Shown piece by piece: positions 11,720 through 19,138 of a stretch of 20,304 nucleotides of DNA. Positions within the stretch are counted from its first letter, which is position 1, and each line of letters starts with the position of its first letter. The notes beneath the pieces are model-generated. The model searched no databases. It saw nothing but the letters and a program-made list of their open reading frames with translations, and was not told where the DNA came from. This DNA comes from Ancylonema sp. (lineage: Eukaryota): assembly GCA_050230475.1 (NCBI GenBank), contig JBFLGF010000196.1, positions 62,001-82,304 on the forward strand. The letters run 5' to 3'. Made by a program: the position numbers and the translations under genes.

Positions 11720-11805
11720 GAGGAAAGAATGTGAAACCTTAAAAAAAAACGGCGGCCAAAAAATGAGGTTTTTGCCGAAGGAAAAAATTGAAAAACCCCA
11801 ATTGT

Positions 11806-11815
11806 ATTCTATCAA
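11806..11815 (-). other. Element A primer-binding site (self-priming type, 1-nt deletion)
   Basis: On the minus strand TTGATAGAAT lies 2 nt after the 5' LTR end. It is complementary to ATTCTTATCAA in the LTR (plus 9610-9620) apart from one missing base. Confidence 0.6.
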
Positions 11816-11817
11816 AA

Positions 11818-11866
11818 TGCTAGGAGTGGAATAAAATGGAACTCCTAGCAATTTATGTTGCAAGTG
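11818..11866 (-). repeat. Element A 5' LTR, terminal 49-bp fragment
   Basis: TGCTAGGAGTGGAATAAAATGGAACTCCTAGCAATTTATGTTGCAAGTG versus TGATAGGTGTGGAATAAAATGGAACTCTTAGCAATCTATGTTGCAAGTG at 9455. Confidence 0.88.
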
Positions 11867-11869
11867 TGT

Positions 11870-12277
11870 TGTTAGGACCCTCGCTATAGTCCCTAGAACT
11901 CCTTAGCGAGTTCCCTAACCTAGCGCTACTAGCCTAGTGTGCTAGTAACGAGTGGGTGTTCTTGTACTGCGACTTGGGTCGCTCTAGGGAGAGCTAGAGA
12001 GCTAGAGCCCTTGTAGAGTTTCGCTCTTGTTATATCGAGTGTTGATCGTTTATAGCGACTAGTTGACTAGTTCTTGTATGCGACTTCAGTTGTTCGTTTA
12101 GATCGATACTCATTGTCCCACATTTGTAGTGAAGTCGCTAGCCGAGATTTCACTATATAGGTCGAGTTAGGATTGAGGATTTCTCACTCTTAACATCTCA
12201 TGTACTCACATACTTTTATACACTTGTCCCATCGTGTCATTCCCCTTTGTGAGTGTTCATCAAACTAGATTCTAAGA
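11870..12277 (+). repeat. Element B 5' LTR
   Basis: Direct repeat of 16817-17242. TATA-like CTATATA at 12153-12159. The 3' end TCTAAGA appears to carry a 16-bp deletion at a TCT microhomology plus a C>G change relative to the 3' LTR. Confidence 0.9.
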
Positions 12278-12279
12278 CT

Positions 12280-12292
12280 ATGTTAGGAGCGA
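12280..12292 (+). other. Element B primer-binding site (self-priming type)
   Basis: ATGTTAGGAGCGA lies 2 nt after the LTR. It is 12/13 complementary to TCACTCCTAACAT in the 3' LTR (17136-17148); the 5' LTR copy at 12184-12196 has one additional U-G pair. Confidence 0.75.
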
Positions 12293-12418
12293 AAAATTTG
12301 TGAGGTTCTTTTTCGGTTTTCCACCTAGTGAGCTTCATTCTTTAGGGTTTCCCACCCCTCTCCCCCCCATCTTTCAGATTTTCCTTCTTCATTTCTGTCA
12401 TTTTTCTTCCCATTTCTC

Positions 12419-13142
12419 ATGGATTCAGATTCGCGTTATGACGACTTAATTCGACAAATGCAGAAATGAAGGCAACTTTCGATATGCAATATGATCGTCT
12501 CACACGTGAAAATGAGGAACTCCGTTACAAAACTAGCGTCTATGAGGAGGCCGGATCTACTCGGCCCACATTTTTTGAGTTCCAAAAATACCTCTAGCTA
12601 TGACTCCCTACACTCGAGTTGCAACACACGGGATCAGTGGCTGAGCATTCTGTTCGGTTCAGGGACATCACGAACACCTTCCAGCCGCGCTGGACGGACC
12701 ACTCCTTGATTTTCAACTACAAAGCCAAACTGAAACCTGCGATTCAGAGCGAGCTGGCGCGTTCTACACAACCCCCAACCTTCTCCGCCTTTGTGAAGGC
12801 TGCTGGCCTGGTCGAAACACCAACCTCGCCAACAGCCGTCGCATCGACGCTGCAACCCGCAAACCTACACTTTCCCCCCATACCAAGCCTCTGGCCCCAC
12901 CCCCTCTTACCTCCAAGAAGTCACCCCCATGGAACTCGCTAGCACCCGGCGCAAACGGCTCCAGCTGGAAATCCACAGAATATGATTGGCGCAAAGAAGG
13001 GAAACCTGTTGCATGTACTGTGGAGGCGCGGGCCATAACCGCGACTCCTGCCCGGCGAAGCCGGCCAACCAAGGCCCGCCAGGTCCGCTTTCTGGACACT
13101 TCTCCTGACCACCCAAAAAACGATGCCCCCGGACAGTCCTAG
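12419..13142 (+). pseudogene. gag: Element B gag (degenerate, apparently internally deleted)
   Basis: MDSDSRYDDLIRQMQ coiled coil, LQHTGSVAEHSVRFRDITNT...WTDHSLIFNYKAKLKPAIQSEL, TPMEL, CCHC knuckle CMYCGGAGHNRDSC (13010-13051), C-terminus VRFLDTSPDHPKNDAPGQS* homologous to element A. Confidence 0.85.
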
Positions 13143-13177
13143 GAGGGGTCTGTCTGGGCATGGCCTTTTCCCCCTCC
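13115..13177 (+). promoter_or_regulatory. Putative -1 ribosomal frameshift signal (A AAA AAC plus H-type pseudoknot) at the gag-pol junction
   Basis: Heptamer 13115-13121 in the gag frame, 6-nt spacer, stem 1 13128-13136/13150-13158, stem 2 13142-13148/13171-13177. The protease ORF is in the -1 frame and is open from the heptamer onward. Confidence 0.75.
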
Positions 13178-16100
13178 CACCCCATCCCCAACCCAGCCCC
13201 CCAGCCCCGCCACCTGTACTTGTCAGTCCAGCTACTCCAGTACCCTCTTCCCCCCATTTATGTCAACGCCCTCATCGATTGCGGCGCGTCAAGAAACTTC
13301 GTAGACCCCACGCTGCTCGCTCAGCACCACCTGACAACCACCCCCCACCCCACACCCATCCAAGTGGAGCTGATTGATGGCAGCGCTCCATCCGCAGGCC
13401 CTATTACGCATTTCTACAAGGGCCTGTTGCGCTGTCTGGGCTCCCATACCGAAACACTCCAGTTTGACGTAACCCGCCTAGCCCACTTTCCCATGGTGCT
13501 AGGCTACTCTTGGCTCTGGCGCCACAACCCGTCCATCGATTGGCAGGCAGGCGCTCTGCGGTTCACGTCCCCCCACTGCCAGAGTGCATGCCTGCCAGCC
13601 GCGCTCAGTTTCCCCCACCCACTTCTCACAACCCCCCCCCCCACCCCTGCCACCCCAATAATCCCCCCCCCTGCGCTCATTGCTGCCAGTTCCCTACCCA
13701 TCCCCGCCCCCCCAGACCCTGAGCTGTTGTCTAAACTTCCCCCCGAGTACCACGACTACGCAGACGTGTTCTCGGAATCGGCGGCCAATACCCTTCCCCC
13801 TCACCCGCCCCTATGATTGATCTGGAGATACCCCTCTTGACAGGGAGAGAACCACCTTGGGGACCCATCTACCCCATGTCAGAACCGGAGCTGGCTACTC
13901 TAAAACAATACATCTCTGACAACCTGGCAAACGGATTCACACATCAGACCCCATCTACCAGCCCTGCGGGGGCCCCTGTCATGTTCCATTAAGAAAAACC
14001 CGATGGCAAGCTCCGACTCTGCGTGGACTACAGAGGTTTGAATGCGGCTACAGCAGTAAAGAACCGCTACCCCCTACCCCTCATACCTGAGATGCTGGAT
14101 CGCTTGCACCGGGCGAAAATCTTTACAAAGATCGACTACTTGCGACACGCTTACCACCAGGTGCGGCGGGTGAAGAAGGAGGGGGACGAGTCGAGTGGAA
14201 GACTGCGTTCCAAACCCGCTACGGCCACTTTGCACTTTGAGTTCCGTGTCTGTTCCGTTCGGGCCCTGCAACGCCCCACCAGGCTGTTTCCAACACTTCA
14301 TCAATGACATCATTCTTTTCCGAGAGCACCTAGACGTCTTCAGCGGGTATGCTTGACGATATGGTGATCTTACTCGGCAGACCAGGAGAAGAGCACGTTC
14401 CCCAAGTCCGCCAGGTCCTGGATATCCGACGCCATAACAAGCTCTACGCAAAAATTGAGAAAAGTGCGTTCCACCAGGACACAATTACCGTCCTCGGCTA
14501 CCAAGTCTCCCCAGCTGGGGTGGAGATGGACCCGGCAAAGGTGACGTCTGTGCTCGACTGGCACCCCTATGTCTGTAAAGTAAGGAGGTGCAGTCTTTTC
14601 TGGGTTTCGCAAACTTCTACCGCAAGTTCATAAACCACTACTCTACCGTGGCCTGCCGACTACGCTCACCCGAAAAGGCGTGAAGTTCTGCTGGACACCA
14701 GAGGCCCAGGTCGCTTTTGACTCCCTCAAGCAGGCCTTCACATCTGCACCCATCCTCAAACACTTCCAACCCACCCTCCCCATAACCCTCGAAGCCGACG
14801 CCTCCGACTTCGGCCTTGGCTGCGTCCTCAGCCAGACGTCCGCTGCCGGCGAGCTACACCCCATCGCTTTCTACTCCCGAAAGTTCTCGGAGGCCGAGCT
14901 AAACTACCCCATCTATGACAAAGAGCTGCTGGCTATCGTCAACGGGTTTCACCAATGGCGCGTCTATTTGGAGGGCGCGGCTCATCCTATTGTGGTCTAC
15001 ACAGACCATAAAAACCTGGAGTACTTCCATGGCGCCCGCACTACCTCCCGCCGCCACGCCTCGCTGGCAGAGACCCTAGCTGCCTACGATTTCACTATCG
15101 TCTACCGAAAAGGCGAGACTACGGAAAGCCTGATGCTCTTCCCGCCGCCCAGACTACCTGCCAGACCAAATCCCTGACCTCCCAATCCTACCCGATTCCC
15201 TTTCCCAATCCCCCCCCAAACGATTTCCCTATCCTGTTTCCCCCCCCCCTCCGAGCGCTGCGCTTTCATATCCCCCACGGACCCCTATTACTGTTATCCG
15301 TGACGCGCAGCTTCTCGACCCTGCCACTCTCGCCATCCGCGAACAACTGGCTATAAGACCTGAGGAGGATCAAACCCCCTCGACCCTCGGGCAGGTCATC
15401 TTCCTATTGTCTACGCAATGATTTGCTGTACCGACATCATCGCTTGGTCATCCCACCTACTGCTGTCCCTGATACTCCAAATCCTAAAGCAATTCCATGA
15501 CGCGCCCCTCGCAGGCCATTACGGCGTTGCTCGGACGCATGCGCTCGTGGGGCGCAGGACTTCTACTGGCCGGGAATTTCTACTGCAGTGGAGGCCTACG
15601 TCCGCACCTGTGACACATGTGCGCGGAATAAGCCCGTCCGCCATGCACCCTACGGCCCGGCCTGCTATGCTACCCAAATCCTATTCCTGACAGGCCATGG
15701 AGCTGTATATCCATGGATTGGATCACAGACCTCCCGCCATCTAACTACCACGAGGCGATTCTCGTAGTGGTCGACCGTCTCACTAAGGCTGCTCACTACA
15801 TTCCTACGACAAAAGCGATACCAGCTCCTGACGTCGCTGCCATTTTCTTGCGGGAGGTGGTACGGCTCCATGGCATGCCCTCCACCCACCATCATTTCCG
15901 ACCGCGATCCAGTCTTTTCCAGCCGTTTTTTGAGACGGCTGCTGGCTGCAGCTGTGCGGTATCCACGCCAACCGCTCGACCTGCGTTTAACCCTCAGACG
16001 GATGGCCAGACGGAGCGCCTCAATTTTGTTCTCGAGCAGTATTTACGCATCTACACCGATTACCAGCAGTCGGATTGGTCCAGTGTGCCCCATGGCAGAA

Positions 16101-16802
16101 TTTTCACGACAATTCCCTACATTCTGCCACATCCCTGACCCCGTTCTTCGCCAACCACGGGTTCCATCCCCAACTCTCCCTCCTCCCTCCCTCCCCGGAC
16201 TCCCCCCCGTCGGCAGACGCATACGTAAAGGTGATTCACGACGCACAGATTCTACTCGAGACGTCGCTGAAAAAATCCCAAATCGCTATATAGCGATCGG
16301 CCAATCGCAAGCGTCGGGCTGCCCCATCCCTCCAGCCTGGCGATAAAGTATGGCTCCTCCGGCGCCACGTCGCATCCACACGACCTTCTGCGAAATTGGA
16401 CGTCCGTCGGCTCGGGCCTTTTCCTGTCATTGGTCCAGTTGGCTCCTCTTCTTTTTGCTTGGAGCTCCCGCCGTCCATCCGCATCCCTCCCGTTTTCCAC
16501 GTAGCGCTTCTGGAGCCATATGTGAAAAATCCTTTTCCCGGCCGTGACGCGCCGCAGCCTCCACCGGTCATCGTGGACGGCGAACCCCAGTGGGAAGTCG
16601 CTTCGGTGCTGGATTCCAAATTCTTGCGTGGCAAGGTCAAGTTGTACTATCTCATGGACTGGGAGGGTTTCGACGAATCAGAGCGATCCTGGGAGCCGGC
16701 AACAATCTCTCACATGCGCCGCGGTCATCGCGGATTTCCATCGCCGCTTCCCAGCCCCCGTCCGGCTACCCGCGCCCTGCGTTCCGCGCGCGCGCCGCGC
16801 CT

Positions 16803-16813
16803 AGAGGGGGGGG
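16803..16813 (+). other. Element B polypurine tract
   Basis: AGAGGGGGGGG followed by TAC and the LTR start TGTTAGG; same arrangement as in element A. Confidence 0.85.
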
Positions 16814-16816
16814 TAC

Positions 16817-17242
16817 TGTTAGGACCCTCGCTATAGTCCCTAGAACCTCCTGAACTCCTTAGCGAGTTCCCTAACCTAGCGCTACTAGCCTAGTGTGCTA
16901 GTAGCAAGTGTGTGTTCTTGTACCGCGACTTGGGTCGCTCTAGGGAGAACTAGAGCCCCCCTTGTAGAGTTTCGCTATTGGTATATCGAGTGTTGATCGT
17001 TTATAGCGACTAGTTCTTGTTGTATGCGACTTCACTTGTTCGTTTAGAGCGATACTCATTGTCCCTCTCCCACATTTGTAGTGAAGTCGCTAGCCGAGAT
17101 TTCACAATATAGTTCGAGTTAGGATTGAGGATTTCTCACTCCTAACATCTCATACTCACATCTTTTATACACTTTTCCCATCGTGTCATTTCCCTTTGTG
17201 AGTGTTCATCAAACTAGATTCTTTCCCCTCCCGGGTCTAACA
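16817..17242 (+). repeat. Element B 3' LTR (426 bp)
   Basis: TGTTAGGACCC...GGGTCTAACA terminal inverted repeat, followed by the TSD TGTGT. Confidence 0.93.
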
Positions 17243-17396
17243 TGTGTCGTACCTATATCGATCGTGTACGGCTACACGTGCAAGTACTACACCGTATAGG
17301 CACACCGTACACATCGTGACTATAACAAGGTCCACTCAACCGTAGAAGCTATCACATAGCAAGGCCATCTCCCTAGGCACACTCCTTACTCGCATA

Positions 17397-17460
17397 ACCG
17401 CGCCTAGACGGCATGCAGTTACCGAGCACCGCTCCCTATCACCGCGCCTAGACGGCATGC
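17397..17460. repeat. 20-bp perfect direct repeat, period 44
   Basis: ACCGCGCCTAGACGGCATGC at 17397-17416 and 17441-17460. Confidence 0.85.
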
Positions 17461-17921
17461 GGTGCCGCAACTCGTGCGATCACAACGCACTTCAAATTAA
17501 TGCTCACTCCCCCCCCCAAGACGGGGAAAAGCTCCCGCGACCCCGGCTTGGTACATCACCGAGATTTTTTGTGCTTGATCTGCACTTCCCATCATTGCCA
17601 AACACCGTTTGTACAATGGTTAGAACACCTACTCCTCCAAGATATTGGTGGGTTTGGGGTAGCTAGCCCCTCACCCCATACTTATCTAGAGGAGTTGGTC
17701 AAATCACCCACACCCAAACAAGTTCTCGCAAGTTTAGTGTGTAACCACCAAAGGATCCACCTTTGGTCTTTAGGCCTCAAACTTGATTGAGCCTCCGCAC
17801 TACATGCGCCAACCTCCTCTCACTTCTTAATGTTTTTATTGACTTTGTGAATTGAGGTTAGGTTAGTGTCACACTTCTCATAGAACTTGACCAATCATAC
17901 TTTCTGCAGATAGTTGATTAT

Positions 17922-18179
17922 TGCCCTTCATGAGGTCTTCAATGCCTCCGGAAAAGGCATCAGCCAATCCACTGCATATATGCCCCTCACGGAGGTCTTT
18001 AATGCCTCCGGCAAAGGCATCAGCCAATCCATTGCATATATGCCCCTCACGGAGGTCTTTAATGCTTCCGGCATTGGCACATGCCAATCCATTGCACTTG
18101 CCCCTCATGGAGGTCTCCATGCCTCTCATGGAGGTCTTAGATACCTCCGGCAAAGGCATCAGCCAATCCATTGCATATC
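17922..18179. repeat. 60-bp tandem repeat, about 4.3 copies
   Basis: Unit TGCCCCTCACGGAGGTCTTTAATGCCTCCGGCAAAGGCATCAGCCAATCCATTGCATATA starts at 17922, 17981, 18041, 18099 (21-bp partial) and 18120. Confidence 0.9.
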
Positions 18180-18547
18180 TGTGATATAGAACACCATTAT
18201 CACCATTTCCCTCTCATACAATGTGTCTGATGTTTCATTGCATGGTTCCTATGTGGAGTCCAATGCTCTTTCATGCAATGGTTCCGCTGTTACATTGCAT
18301 GGTTCGGATGTAGAGTCTTTCGTGACTACTTTACTCTGAAGTAAGAAGCTCACCTAGTGTCGAGGACAAGTTCAATTTTCCTCCGGCACTCCTACCACGG
18401 GTGGTGTCAAACACCACGTGTGATACCCCTGGTTACACTTGTCACACAGCACCATCCGCTTGGGGTAGGAACGCAACCCACAAACCCCGCAATGTGCTGT
18501 CTCCCAGCGATCATACAACTCCGGGTAGACCCTCTTGTCTCACACCG

Positions 18548-18932
18548 TGTTACGACTCTCTCTATTGTCCCTAGGGTTACCCTAGAGAGTGCCCTAACCT
18601 TTGCTAGCTCTTAGCTATTTATCCCGGTCGCCTAGTAATTAGACCCTATTTAGGTTATTAGACCTCATCATCAGTTAGACCTTTCTTAGGCCCTAACTTC
18701 AAATTTGTTCTTATATCGAGTTTATGTTCAGTTCCCTTTATAAGGAGTTCAGTTCCGACACTAGATTCAGACTAGTATTTATACCATTCAGGAGTGCTTA
18801 TTATGCACTCTGATCAATTCATGTACTCCTTCATATCATGTACTCCTTGCATTTCCTACCCTTCCAGTGTGTATATGTGTTTGTGAATGAGTGCTTTCCC
18901 ATAATCCAGAGCCGCCTAATGCGACTCTAACA
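18548..18932 (+). repeat. Element D 5' LTR (385 bp)
   Basis: TGTTACGACTC...GACTCTAACA with TATTTATA at 18776-18783. The partner LTR is not in the window. Confidence 0.75.
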
Positions 18933-18934
18933 CT

Positions 18935-18945
18935 TTGATCAGAGT
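18935..18945 (+). other. Element D primer-binding site (self-priming type)
   Basis: TTGATCAGAGT is the perfect 11-nt reverse complement of ACTCTGATCAA at 18807-18817 in its own LTR. Confidence 0.78.
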
Positions 18946-19138
18946 ACAACTAGTGATTTTCAAATTAGTATTCGTGCTACTTTGATCTTCACATCCGGGG
19001 TTTTTAGACCCTTCATAGGCCCATTTCGGCTTCAATTCTGGCCCATTACGGCTTCATAGGCCCTTTCGGCTTCGGGTTACAAGTTTTAACCCACCCCATC
19101 CCTATCGGCCATTCGGCCTCGTTTTCATTCATCACGAC

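Larger units (their letters stand above)
9455..11866 (-). mobile_element. Element A: internally deleted Ty3/Gypsy chromovirus (gag plus C-terminal integrase/chromodomain); 5' LTR interrupted by later insertions
   Basis: 3' LTR at 9455-9919 and PPT at 9923-9932. Integrase-chromodomain and gag remnants lie on the minus strand. A 49-bp piece of the 5' LTR (11818-11866) matches 9455-9503. Confidence 0.88.
13115..16836 (+). pseudogene. pol: Element B pol (protease, RT, RNase H, integrase, chromodomain) with many frameshifts
   Basis: Protease ALIDCGASRNFV...MVLGYSWL. RT VDYRGLN...[16 protein letters not shown], with a disrupted YLDD near 14348-14360. RNase H LEADASDFGLGCVLSQ...YDKELLAIV...YTDHKNL. 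Integrase HDAPLAGHYG...CDTC, MDWITDLP, IISDRD, PQTDGQTERLN, LGPF. Chromodomain WEVASVLDSK...YYLMDWEGFDESERSWEP. Confidence 0.95.
11870..17242 (+). mobile_element. Element B: near full-length decayed Ty3/Gypsy chromovirus (Tcn1/Tf1-like), 5.4 kb
   Basis: TGTTAG...CTAACA termini, 5-bp TSD TGTGT (11865-11869 and 17243-17247), two LTRs, domain order gag-PR-RT-RH-IN-chromodomain, and a PPT before the 3' LTR. Confidence 0.95.
17245..18547 (-). mobile_element. Unresolved retroelement-like remnant C, probably inserted in the 5' LTR of element A
   Basis: With B removed, the A LTR stops at CAAGTG and continues with unrelated TGTCGTACC... There is a minus-strand PPT-like G-tract (plus 17508-17517), a 20-bp direct repeat, and coding-like tandem repeats. 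No recognisable pol domain. Confidence 0.4.

Noticed and set aside
13268..13291. Protease motif DCG instead of DSG/DTG as a novelty
   Set aside because: DCG variants occur in Ty3/Gypsy proteases and this copy is decayed, so it is not informative.
12491..16853. Numerous antisense and alternative-frame ORFs in element B
   Set aside because: Expected by-products of GC-rich, frameshifted gag-pol sequence.
17922..18179. CRISPR-like array
   Set aside because: The units are contiguous with no unique spacers, the context is eukaryotic, and there are no cas genes.
18933..18946. Degenerate tRNA-iMet PBS for element D
   Set aside because: It needs several changes to match TGGTATCAGAGC but matches its own LTR 11/11, in the same geometry as A and B.
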